Assembly (NCBI GenBank): GCA_036400935.1
Contig: DASWWW010000004.1
Span: 7,808 to 71,807 of the forward strand
Direction: 5' to 3'
DNA from: Minisyncoccota bacterium
Lineage (GTDB): Bacteria; Patescibacteriota; Minisyncoccia; Phycocordibacterales; UBA6065
DNA length: 64,000 bases
The translations under genes were made by a program, and so were the position numbers. The notes beneath the pieces are model-generated. The model was not told the DNA's origin. It was given only the letters and a program-made list of their open reading frames with translations, and searched no databases. Shown here piece by piece: positions 1 to 9,300 of this stretch. Position 1 is the stretch's first letter. Each line of letters opens with the position of its first letter.

Positions 1-791
1 GAGCGCTGGATAAGGTTCTCGGTATCCTCGCCGAGCGTGCCCAGCGCTCCGACGGTATTTACGAGAAGATCATAATAAATAGCCTCGTGCGGGATAAACA
101 TGAAGGCAAAATCCATAGTCCCCTCGTTCGGGCGAATGTATTTCGAAGTTTCCTTTATGCGCAACTTGAGGTCGTTGACGAAGGCCTTCTTGAAACGCTC
201 GCGCTCAGACTCGTTCTTCTCGCCTATCATGCGGTTATAGTTCTCGAGCGAGAATTTCGAGTCAACAGGGATGATCTTATCCTTTATGCGGACGATGGCA
301 TCTACGATCTCGCCATCCTTGAAGGCGTATTGCATAGCGTAGTCGCGGGGCGTCATGACGTTTTTCAGGAGGGTCTCAAGGTAGTACTCGCCCAGAACGC
401 CGCGCTGCTTTGGATTCTTGAGCATGTCCTGAAGGCCCTGGAGCTGATCGGCAAAGCCCACCATCTGCTTACCCGTCTCCTCGACGCGAGTCACTTTTTC
501 CGTGACGGACTTGATCTCGCGCAGGAACTGATCGACGAGGCGGTGCGACTCGCCCGCCATTTTCTGGGACTCGTTGCGCTGGTCGCGCATGCTCTCGTTT
601 ACGGCGCGGTTGGTTTGGTCGATCTTCTTGTCCACGGTATGGGCCAGATTATTCATCTGGTCGAGGAGGAGCTTCATGGCCGTATCGTCCTTGGCCGGCT
701 CAGGCTTGCTTCGGCGCAATATAAAGAAGAACATTCCGGCATTGAGGGCGAGAATGAGGATGGCGAATACTATGATGAGTGCTGTTTGCAT
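1..791 (-). CDS. rmuC: DNA recombination protein RmuC (3' end runs off window)
   Basis: Hand translation from ATG at 791: MQTALIIVFAILILALNAG (TM), a coiled coil, then NPKQRGVLGEYYLE...IPVDSKFSLENY...TMDFAFMFIPHEAIY, which are RmuC motifs. Not in the ORF track because it has no stop in the window. Confidence 0.9.
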   Translation of the reverse strand, partial: MQTALIIVFAILILALNAGMFFFILRRSKPEPAKDDTAMKLLLDQMNNLAHTVDKKIDQTNRAVNESMRDQRNESQKMAGESHRLVDQFLREIKSVTEKVTRVEETGKQMVGFADQLQGLQDMLKNPKQRGVLGEYYLETLLKNVMTPRDYAMQYAFKDGEIVDAIVRIKDKIIPVDSKFSLENYNRMIGEKNESERERFKKAFVNDLKLRIKETSKYIRPNEGTMDFAFMFIPHEAIYYDLLVNTVGALGTLGEDTENLIQR

Positions 792-820
792 GGCATTAGT
801 ATATCGCTATAATGGGGTTT

Positions 821-1273
821 ATGACACTACACCAAATAATCAAGGCAGATACTAAGGCGGCTATGATCGCGAAGGACTCGGCAAAGACCATGGTTCTCCG
901 CGGCGTCGCGGCTGAAATCCAGAAGGAATTGCTCGCGAAGGGCTCTTTCGCTACCGAAGGCACCGACGAGGAGACGCTCGCGGCTATCAAGAAGCTCGTA
1001 AAGCAGCGCAAGGACTCTATCGACCAGTTCGAGAAGGGCGGCCGACCTGAGCTCGCTGAGGGTGAGAAGGCGGAGCTGGCGATTTTGCAGGCCTACCTCC
1101 CTGCCTCGATGCCAAAGGACGAGATCAAGAAGATCGTCCTCGCAAAGCAGGCCGAGATGGGCGTTACCGACAAGACGGGCGCAGGAAAGCTTATCGGAGC
1201 TGTATCCAAGGAGCTCAAGGGCAAGGCTGAAGGCTCCGATATCAAGGAAGTAGTGGACAGCCTGTTTGCGTAA
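821..1273 (+). CDS. GatB/YqeY domain protein
   Basis: KQRKDSIDQFEKGGRPELAEGEKAELAILQAYLP YqeY motif. TATAAT at 808-813 favours a leaderless start at 821. Confidence 0.9.
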   Translation: MTLHQIIKADTKAAMIAKDSAKTMVLRGVAAEIQKELLAKGSFATEGTDEETLAAIKKLVKQRKDSIDQFEKGGRPELAEGEKAELAILQAYLPASMPKDEIKKIVLAKQAEMGVTDKTGAGKLIGAVSKELKGKAEGSDIKEVVDSLFA

Positions 1274-1297
1274 GGTCGGATCTCTAGACAAAATACG

Positions 1298-1336
1298 AAA
1301 TGCCGGGCGCGCTTCGCGCGCCCGGCATTTGCTTTT
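1298..1336 (+). terminator. Rho-independent terminator
   Basis: aaatgccgggcgcg-cttcg-cgcgcccggcattt hairpin followed by T-rich tail. Confidence 0.7.
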
Positions 1337-1364
1337 CCCCAAAAGGAGTATAATGAAGCTCAGA

Positions 1365-1808
1365 ATGCAACAACAGACTCGCCTGGCCATCAAAGGCATA
1401 GGTAGAACTGTGCCGAGCGCGGACGATATTGCGAAAGAAGCCGTCGAGGACCTGGCCCGATATCCTAACAATCAGGACAGGCTCTCAGTTGAAAAGAAAT
1501 TCTCGAAAAAATACGGAATCTCCGACATAATCGTCCGCTGGGAAATACTTCAAGCGATCGACAAGCTGATAGCAGCTGATCCCCGCTTCAAGAAAAAAGA
1601 GCAGCCTCAGCCAGTGGCGTCAGCGCCGCTAGCGACAGGAGCTCCTCCCACAAAGAAAAGAGGCCTCTTGCTGGAAGTCGAACGGCGTATCGAGGATGCC
1701 AGACTTCAAAATTATGAAGCATCCCTGACCACTCCCCCGACGCCCGCAAGCGAACCTCCGCCACCCCGCACAGATAAACCCGCCCAGCTCGACCTCAACC
1801 TCGGCTGA
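1365..1808 (+). CDS. hypothetical protein, Pro-rich C-terminus
   Basis: ORF between TATAAT (1349-1354) and a downstream hairpin. Start uncertain (1353 or 1365). Confidence 0.55.
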   Translation: MQQQTRLAIKGIGRTVPSADDIAKEAVEDLARYPNNQDRLSVEKKFSKKYGISDIIVRWEILQAIDKLIAADPRFKKKEQPQPVASAPLATGAPPTKKRGLLLEVERRIEDARLQNYEASLTTPPTPASEPPPPRTDKPAQLDLNLG

Positions 1809-1891
1809 GCAGCAATCAAACCGGCCGGAACGCGTAGCGTTCCGGCCTGATTTGTTTGATATACTTAATCCATTAGCCTAGCAATACACAC

Positions 1892-2086
1892 ATGATCCGA
1901 AACAACCTTTTTAATTTGATGAATCAGGCAGTGCAAGAGTCAAAAAGCGTTTGGCGCATCAAGAACCAGTACATGCAGGAAGCGGTCGGCTCTGACGACA
2001 TGATGAACCTCTGGAAAGAGATCGAGAAGACTAAGGAGGAGCAGATCGACAAGCTCCAGGCCCTGATCAAGAAATACAACGCATAG
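1892..2086 (+). CDS. small helical hypothetical protein (ferritin-like half fold?)
   Basis: 64-aa ORF with genome-typical codon use, followed by a terminator. Confidence 0.7.
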   Translation: MIRNNLFNLMNQAVQESKSVWRIKNQYMQEAVGSDDMMNLWKEIEKTKEEQIDKLQALIKKYNA

Positions 2087-2087
2087 C

Positions 2088-2123
2088 AAAGCGAAAGCCG
2101 CCCGAAGGGCGGCTTTCGCTTTT
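2088..2123. terminator. bidirectional terminator
   Basis: aaagcgaaagccgccc-gaa-gggcggctttcgcttt between convergent genes. Confidence 0.8.
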
Positions 2124-2131
2124 CATCTCCC

Positions 2132-2485
2132 CTACGGGCGAACCTTGAACGTCACGATCGACGGCCTCCCTGCCGCATCGATCGAATAGGTAAAGTCAGC
2201 GACATACGCGTTGTGCCCATCTTCATACAATACCGTACCGGACTTCGCATACACCTCTACGGATGTCGTATAAAACTTCCCTCCCATGGTTTCCTTTATC
2301 GGAGAGAGCGTCGATACGTTCATCTGGACATATTCCTGAACGGCCACGATATGCTCGACTGCATGATTGGTGGTCGGCTGCGGGACGGGACGCTGACGCG
2401 GCTCTGGATCTGGGAACAGCATCAAAGCGAGCGATCCGACGACGGCGATCGTGAGTATCAGGATGAGGGTCGATGATTTCTTCAT
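2132..2485 (-). CDS. membrane-anchored hypothetical protein
   Basis: MKKSS followed by an N-terminal TM; TATACT directly upstream. Confidence 0.7.
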   Translation of the reverse strand: MKKSSTLILILTIAVVGSLALMLFPDPEPRQRPVPQPTTNHAVEHIVAVQEYVQMNVSTLSPIKETMGGKFYTTSVEVYAKSGTVLYEDGHNAYVADFTYSIDAAGRPSIVTFKVRP

Positions 2486-2556
2486 GCTTTTAGTATAGCA
2501 AAATAGGCCCAAGACTTTCGTCGAGGGCCCATTGAATTTTCTCGCGCCGCCAGCAG

Positions 2557-3108
2557 TTACCGGTTAAGGAACCATGGGAGGACGAGGAGGAGGCAAACGA
2601 TTATGTTCGCTCCAGAATAGAGGCGATCCTTGAGCGTCCACTCCTTTGCCGAAGCGAAGGCGAGAACGTTCGTGATCAGAAATCCGCTATTCGCGATGAT
2701 CGGTATGGTAGCTGGCGACTGCCAGCTCATAACGATGAACGGCACCGCCGCGATGACCGCAGCCACGACAGAGAGCACGAGCGCCCACATCGGGCCTTTG
2801 GTCATCCACAGCACTACGCACAGAAAGACGAGGATGGCGATCAGGGTATCGAAACCCGTCCAGCCATAACGTCCCTTTGCGAGGAGAACCGCGGTTGTCG
2901 CCGTGGCTCCGGTGGCGAAGATCGCCGGCACCACGGGACTTACCTTCTGCTTGTACATGGTGATGGAGGTGATCCAAGCCAGTGCCGACCAGAGGGCAAA
3001 GGTGGTGAGCGAAAGCCCCTCACCCGTACCGCGGGCTGTCATGATCACCAAATGAAGGTAAGCAAGACTGCCGATCAAGACGCTAAGAAATCTGAGTTTC
3101 GTTTTCAA
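2557..3108 (-). CDS. multi-pass membrane protein (paralog A)
   Basis: About 7 hydrophobic segments. Probable TTG start at 3108 by alignment with the neighbouring paralog. Confidence 0.75.
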   Translation of the reverse strand: MKTKLRFLSVLIGSLAYLHLVIMTARGTGEGLSLTTFALWSALAWITSITMYKQKVSPVVPAIFATGATATTAVLLAKGRYGWTGFDTLIAILVFLCVVLWMTKGPMWALVLSVVAAVIAAVPFIVMSWQSPATIPIIANSGFLITNVLAFASAKEWTLKDRLYSGANIIVCLLLVLPWFLNR

Positions 3109-3324
3109 GTTAACTGATTGGTTGAACTGAGTTTGGTTGAGAGTAGCTCCGAAAAGACAATAATTTGCAATTTCGAAGCTATCCTCAACCGTCGCCAACC
3201 TTTCAATCACTCTAATATATATTATACTCTACATATATGTAAAAGTCAATAGTTTGAGGATGGCCCGAATTGAGCTTAATTTGGCAAATAAAAAGACCCA
3301 GAACAATCTGGGTCAGACGCGCCG

Positions 3325-3888
3325 TTACCACACGAACATGAGCAGCCACGGCAGGACGAGCGCGATGCCGAGCATGATATTCGCCACATAGAACAGCCAT
3401 GACTCAATCTTCCGATTCGGGATAGCCATCAGCCCGAGGATGTTTGCGGCAAGGCATCCGGCATTGGGAATGATCGGGCTGTGTTCCGGCCTTTGCCATG
3501 TCAGCGCGATGAAAGGCACGGCCGCTATCATGCCGGCCGCTACGGACAAGACGAGGGCCTTTGTCTTTTCATTCCCGATTAGGGCCACGATACAGAAGGT
3601 GGCAAGGGACGTCGTCAGTCCGTCCAAGCCCGAAAAGCCGTACCGCCCTTTAAAAACAAGAATGATGGACGTGGTGGTTGCTCCGGTCGCATAGATGCAC
3701 GGGACGATCAGAGCGGATCTTTCAACCTTGCCCAGCATCGAAACGGTGGTGATCCAAGCCAGGATCGACCAAAGGGCGAACGTGCTGATCAGGAGCCCCT
3801 CGCCCGTTCCGCGGATGATGGCGCATATCATGTAGGCGTAAGAGCCGGCAGCGATTATGGCGCTTAGGATTTTGAGCAGTTTTTTCAA
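3325..3888 (-). CDS. multi-pass membrane protein (paralog B)
   Basis: Shares GTGEGL..STFALWS.LAWIT and ATGATxT...KGRYG with paralog A. Probable TTG start at 3888. Confidence 0.75.
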   Translation of the reverse strand: MKKLLKILSAIIAAGSYAYMICAIIRGTGEGLLISTFALWSILAWITTVSMLGKVERSALIVPCIYATGATTTSIILVFKGRYGFSGLDGLTTSLATFCIVALIGNEKTKALVLSVAAGMIAAVPFIALTWQRPEHSPIIPNAGCLAANILGLMAIPNRKIESWLFYVANIMLGIALVLPWLLMFVW

Positions 3889-3983
3889 GCAGCAGATGGA
3901 TTGGTTGTTGCGGTGGAGTTGATCTGGGCACACTATGCCACACGGCTATCTTTTAAGCCAATCGGATGATAGGGTGATAAAAA

Positions 3984-4625
3984 ATGAGTACCGAACCTAC
4001 CCTGCCCACCCTGTTCATTGATTTCGACAACTGCAAGTTCAGCACAAAACTAGCTGAAATGGCCTATATCAACTGGAGATACGGCGTGAATTCCGTACCC
4101 GCAGACTATGCCGACAGCTTTTGGATCGACGAGATCCTGGCGAAGTACCTGCCGCCCGAGAAAATCCCTTCCCGAGAAGAGATCTATCGCGACCTTACCC
4201 TAAACTACCTCACCTCCATCGAACACCACGCAAGCATAGAGCCCATGGAGGGCATTTGCGAAGTCCTGCCTCTTCTGGCAAAGCGCTACTCGCTGTGGAC
4301 GGTGACCGCCCGCGTAAAGACGAGCCAAACGGTCGTCATGCACATGAACGAGCTTCATGTGCCCGGATGCATCTCTGGCGTCCATCACGTCTGGGATTTT
4401 GTTGAGGGTAAATTCAAGAAGATCGCATCCAAGCGAGACTTCATTGCGTCGTTTGCTGGTAAAAAAGTAGGATTCATCGACGACTCCCCTACCGAGGTCC
4501 TTGAAGTCGACGGCGTTGTTCCGGCTTTCCTGTTCGACCCTCACCACCAGCACGATGGCAATACTCGCATACAACGCCGGGTACGGAACTGGCACGAGAT
4601 CGGCGAGATATTCCTTGCAGCTTGA
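3984..4625 (+). CDS. HAD-superfamily 5'(3')-nucleotidase-like protein
   Basis: FIDFDNC (motif I), VTAR (motif II), FIDDSP (motif IV). Confidence 0.75.
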   Translation: MSTEPTLPTLFIDFDNCKFSTKLAEMAYINWRYGVNSVPADYADSFWIDEILAKYLPPEKIPSREEIYRDLTLNYLTSIEHHASIEPMEGICEVLPLLAKRYSLWTVTARVKTSQTVVMHMNELHVPGCISGVHHVWDFVEGKFKKIASKRDFIASFAGKKVGFIDDSPTEVLEVDGVVPAFLFDPHHQHDGNTRIQRRVRNWHEIGEIFLAA

Positions 4626-4702
4626 GACTATGCGGCGCCGTCTACGGACGGTGCTTTTTTATATTTGATATATGGAAGCTTTTGATGTATAAACGAAACC
4701 GT

Positions 4703-4825
4703 ATGATCACCCGCATTCACCGTGCGATTTACCGCACTTGGGGCAAGCCAGTTCGCCTTCGTCGGAAGAGCCGCGGTCAGCGTCGAAAGTTTTTCGGCGG
4801 CAGCGGTCGCCGTTCTACTTGGTAA
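4703..4825 (+). CDS. 40-aa Arg-rich small protein
   Basis: MITRIHRAIYRTWGKPVRLRRKSRGQRRKFFGGSGRRSTW, preceded by TTGATA-17-TATAAA (4665-4693) and followed by a hairpin with a T-run. Confidence 0.5.
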   Translation: MITRIHRAIYRTWGKPVRLRRKSRGQRRKFFGGSGRRSTW

Positions 4826-4910
4826 AAGGTAGCGGCAGTCCGTATCAGACAAGATACGGGCTTTTTTATTTGAGCGCATCGATAAAAAAGCCGCCCTGAA
4901 GAGGTGGCGG

Positions 4911-5348
4911 CTAGCCCTGGGGCAAGGCGAGAAATTCGAGGAATTCCTTGCTATCGAGCGCGGCGTTCGGAACCGAGACGCTCAGGGCATACTGAGCGAT
5001 CCGCCATTCGCCGCCCGGGCACTTCACCAAAGTTCCCGATCCGCGCATGGGGCCGTAATCCTCATGGTTGAGCGTCTCGTGAAAAAAGGCGACGCCGGGG
5101 TGATCTCCGACCTTTTTGATCTTGAGATCGATGGAACTCATACGCCATCCATTCGACTTTGCGAGAGTATCGGCGAGAGCGCCAATCGACCAATACTCGG
5201 TGTCGTCCGTGCCGACGAAAATCCCATCAGAAGTGAATGATTCCAAGAGGAGCGGTACATCCTTGCTCGCGGCCGCCTGCAGGTGGCCGCGAAGCGGACG
5301 AAGGATGCCATCATGCTCGGATAAGTCAAAACCGGCAATATCGTGCAT
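4911..5348 (-). CDS. SnoaL-like / NTF2-family protein
   Basis: GIFVGTDDTEYW, AFFHETL, GPMRGSGTLVK...WRIAQYALSVSVPN typical of SnoaL_3 proteins. Confidence 0.8.
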   Translation of the reverse strand: MHDIAGFDLSEHDGILRPLRGHLQAAASKDVPLLLESFTSDGIFVGTDDTEYWSIGALADTLAKSNGWRMSSIDLKIKKVGDHPGVAFFHETLNHEDYGPMRGSGTLVKCPGGEWRIAQYALSVSVPNAALDSKEFLEFLALPQG

Positions 5349-5369
5349 AAGAACTAGAAGTTTGAGGAT

Positions 5370-5540
5370 TTCTCCGTGGCGATATGCCGGTGGAGACCTA
5401 AGCTCAAGCTACTCCAACGCGAGGGAAAGTCAATTAGGCGCGGGTATCAACCTATCCGTACTTTCCTGCTGGAAAGTCGGACGGTCGCCCGTCAGCCTCG
5501 TTGCCCTTAGTGAAATAGGGGCTGACAAGCACTCCCCGTT
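5370..5540 (-). ncRNA. candidate structured RNA / 5' leader of the SnoaL gene (family not recognised)
   Basis: Consecutive stems on the minus strand: ttgtcagcc/ggctgacgg, gacc-gtccg-actttcc/ggaaagt-cggat-ggtt, tggag/ctcca. Confidence 0.4.
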
Positions 5541-5579
5541 CGATGAATTATCGTACGCCTGTTTCTCTTATCAGACATG

Positions 5580-6131
5580 TCACTTAGCCTTAATCACCAT
5601 TTCCATCTCTGGGATTGTTGCTCCGCTTTTCATTCTCCATTTTTCGTCAGACCATCTCTTGCCAGTGTCCACGAAACCAAGCTTCTTATAGAAATCGAGA
5701 GCTTTCTGATTGTATGTTGCCACCTGTACGATTATGTCTTTATCGGGTACAGCAAACTTTTTTACCTCTTCCCACAGCTTTGTGCCAATTCCTCTGCCGT
5801 GAAAATCGGGCAAAACATAGATGGTCCTTAACTGGTTATTGTCCTCATTTCTAATCATGGTTGCCACGCCAACAACCAAATCACCTGACTTCGCCACAAC
5901 CCTCCTTTGATTTTCTGGAGTATTCGCAATTCGCTCCTGCTGGCTTTTAATCTTTTCCTCGGTGAATGCGTCTTTGTATGTTTCCTCAACATCCTCAGCC
6001 GTAATGCCTATTCCTTCATTTGGATACGTTGCAAGCCATGCTTTGTACAAAACATTGGTAATACCCTCAGCGTCTTGAGGTACCGCATCCCTTACTTCAA
6101 TTTTCGGTTCTTTTTCGGCTAGGCTTTCCAT
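5580..6131 (-). CDS. GNAT family N-acetyltransferase
   Basis: IYVLPDFHGRGIGTKL (motif A) and YNQKALDFYKKLGF (motif B); AT-rich. Confidence 0.9.
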   Translation of the reverse strand: MESLAEKEPKIEVRDAVPQDAEGITNVLYKAWLATYPNEGIGITAEDVEETYKDAFTEEKIKSQQERIANTPENQRRVVAKSGDLVVGVATMIRNEDNNQLRTIYVLPDFHGRGIGTKLWEEVKKFAVPDKDIIVQVATYNQKALDFYKKLGFVDTGKRWSDEKWRMKSGATIPEMEMVIKAK

Positions 6132-6158
6132 GGATAAAGCCATTTTACCATTTTCGCT

Positions 6159-6334
6159 GGCGGGACACCAAAATCTCCTTGTTCTTCAAGGTAAATGCTG
6201 ATAGTGATAGCGATAAATCGCTGAATGTGAACCAATTGTACTTAGAATGGAACACCTTGGAAAGTACGGTTTTGAAGTGGAACTCCGTATTTAGACAGTT
6301 TGGTCTTTCAGAAATGGTTGGAGCAAATGCTTAG
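6159..6334 (+). pseudogene. serine-recombinase C-terminal fragments flanking the left att junction
   Basis: GGTPK(1-nt gap)ISLFFKVNADSDSDKSLNV aligns length-for-length with NGTPKLSPVVRLSSKLEGDKTQIV of the recombinase at 11558, then continues open as NQLYLEWNTLESTVLKWNSVF...GANA*. Confidence 0.6.
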
Positions 6335-6398
6335 GATTTAAGGTGCTTTTTAAAACCTTCCTGCTAAAGTCTTTACCTTATCAGTAATAGAACTATAC

Positions 6399-9300
6399 CT
6401 AGCTAGAGATGATTAAAGAGGCTGAGGGGTCGAGTTTTTCGTTTGCACGGGCAATCGCATCAATCTTCTCCTGAGTGTGAGCACCCACAACAATGGTCTT
6501 ATTTTCATTGATTGCCTTTACTGATGCAGAGATTAAAGCACGACCCAGCAAAACCCTGTTCTTATCAGTTGGGTATGTAGACATAATCTCTGTATAAATT
6601 TTTTCTACAACACTTACAGGAACGGAGTCGTCTATGAGAAGCTTAAGGATGAAATAAAACACCAATTTAAGTGCATTATCTGGATTTACCCCATACTCTG
6701 CTGAAAGGGTTAAAGGAAGGTGGAGCTTCTTCAAGTTTTCTACTTGTACTACAGTAATTGCTCCATCTCCGAAAACAGCCTTCTCCAAATCTTGCGTAAC
6801 AAATTGCAAAAACCTGAAACGGTAAGAAGCGAGATATGAAAAATAGTCTAAATATTCCTGAAAGCTTATACGACCCTGTTCATAAAGCACTCGCATTAAA
6901 ACGAAAGATGAGAAATATTGAGGCTTCGGTTTCTTTGTCTCAAGCTCATTCATATGCAAATACAGGAAATCTTCAGTCAGAACAGGGATACCTTCCCTTT
7001 GAGCAAGAATTGTTGCATCAGTCACGCTTGCTGGAATTTCTCGCTCCGAAAACACATCTTCCTTGCTTGCAGAAGAGATAACCCCAATGTTTGCTGTGTT
7101 TAACTCAAGCAATGCAATGGTCTCAGAAATTCTTTTTCCAGCTAAATCTCGTGCTTCTGGATTTAATTCCGAGTAACCAATTTTTCCTTTGGAATAAAAC
7201 ATCTGACCCGCTTGTCCAGGGGTATAGCTTAGTTTGTCCTTAATTTCTAAAAGCAAACTAATGACAGACTGAGGTACTTTAATGTTTGGAAGATGAGGAT
7301 GTAATTTTCTTAAAAGACCTGTTTCAGCAAGAACCCACGCTGAAGTACCGTCCAAATAAAACGGCTCTTTATTGGCGATAATCCTTGTGACAACATCCTT
7401 TTGAGACTTAAACTCCGCCATTGTTCCATCGCTCATCCTTATAAAGCCTCTCTGCTCGTTTTGTATTCTTCCAATCGCATTTGTAAAGCCTCCTTCACTT
7501 ACAACAAGAAGTGCGAACGGTAAGTTCTGGTCACAATAGTTGTTGAAGAACTCCTGACCTCGCTCCTGCTGTGCTTTCATTAGAGCCTCGACATTTTTCA
7601 AATCAATTCCACCATCCTCAGTCTGGGGTACTTCGATGGAAACTGCCGCATCCCACATTCCTTCGAGTGATAGTTTTTGGAAATGATGGTAAGTCTGCCA
7701 CATAATATATTTCTCTATGGGCAGTATGTTCTCTATAGTTTTCTCTTTTTTATCAGAAGCATACGCATTAGCAATTGTTATTTTCTCACCGACTTTCTTT
7801 CCGATGTAATCCTTCTGTTTTTGCGATGGAATAGGCTGTGCATCTAGTGACTCTCCATCACCAACAAAATACCAGCCATCTTCCTCTTTGAACTTCACAA
7901 ATCTTTCTTTCTCAATTTGACCATCTGTCACCAGTTTTATATCAAGGATATTTCCAATGGTATTGAAAACCATAAAAAGCCCAGCATATTCCTGTGGAGA
8001 CGGTCTTCGTGCGAGAGTTGCGCCACGCACAACTGCCTCAAGTGCAGTTTTTGCATCGTTATGCCTCAAATACACTTCTGAAACAAGGAGAGCATTGCTT
8101 TCAAAATCAGAGAGGTAATTTTTGTATGTCTCTACAAGCTCTTTTGCTTTCTTATTATCTTCATCAGTGTTTCTCCTTAGGAGTGCACTAACGGTTTGGC
8201 ACAATAGGATAGCCTTGTTGTTCTCGTCCAATAGAGTTATGTACTCCTTCTTTCCAAGTATCTCTTCTCCAATTTTTATGGTTTCAGGTAAGCGACCAAG
8301 CTTAAAGTTAGCGGTAAAAAGCTCAAGCTTAATCCGAACTATTCTGTCGGCTTCCTTTTCATAGGTGAGTATCTTTTCACCAAAAATTAGGACAAAGTCC
8401 CAAGCTTCTTTTTTCTTTGCTACACCAAGAAATTTTTGGCTATCAACATACCCAATCTTCGACAAATCCATTTTCTTGAGGACATCGAAAGCGCCATCAG
8501 CATTACCTGCTTCATCTTCTAAAAGTAAATAAAGTCTATCTTTGTGTATTTCCCCAGTGTCAGGAAGAGCCTCAATTATTTTCTTTCGCAAATCTGGCTG
8601 GTTAATTGCGATGCAGGTCATAACTGCGAACTGGTGGTCATCTTTTACTTTAGCAACGAAGCCGTCATAGTCCTTCTCTTCCAAATCATCGATTAGTGCA
8701 ACAAAATTATCCAACTTTTTGCTTGCATAAAACTCCTTACCCTTGGTTTCAAGAGTGCCTTGGTCGAGGAATTGGAGAAACATTCTCTTTGCAAATCCGT
8801 CTGACAGAGGTCTTTCTGCTTTATCTAAGTAAGTAAGCAGTTTTTCAAATCCTGCTTTTGGTAGACCTGCAAACGCAAGAAGGTCAGTCAATATACCATC
8901 AATGACATTATCAAAATGGCAAGAAAGGATTAGTTCAAATGTGTCTTTAACTATCGAGGCAAAATCGTCCAAGCGCTCACTCTGAACAAGAAGCATCGCC
9001 TGTTTGTAATTCAAGTAGACCTGATTGCGAACACCAATGTTACCTGAAGCTTTGAACTTATCGTTTGTGGCTTTTATTTCCTTAAGTATTTCTTCAGTTT
9101 TACTCTTTCTTTTGACCTCATCGGTCTCAGATATGAGATTGTTGATATCCATCGCAATTTTCGCATCATAGTTGGATATTTTTTCAGGATTAAAATACAG
9201 TGCTCTTTCAATAAAAGCTGTTGCGTTTACATCGTCCTCTGATTGCTTCAGGATATTTCCATAAAGTCGATAATAATCAGACTTAATCTTTGCGTCAGCA

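Noticed and set aside
87-812. 241-aa plus-strand ORF
   Set aside because: Antisense shadow of rmuC, which has clear family motifs.
5370-5540. Assignment as TPP, c-di-AMP or yybP riboswitch, RNase P, tmRNA or HDV ribozyme
   Set aside because: Only short partial matches; the diagnostic conserved segments are missing.
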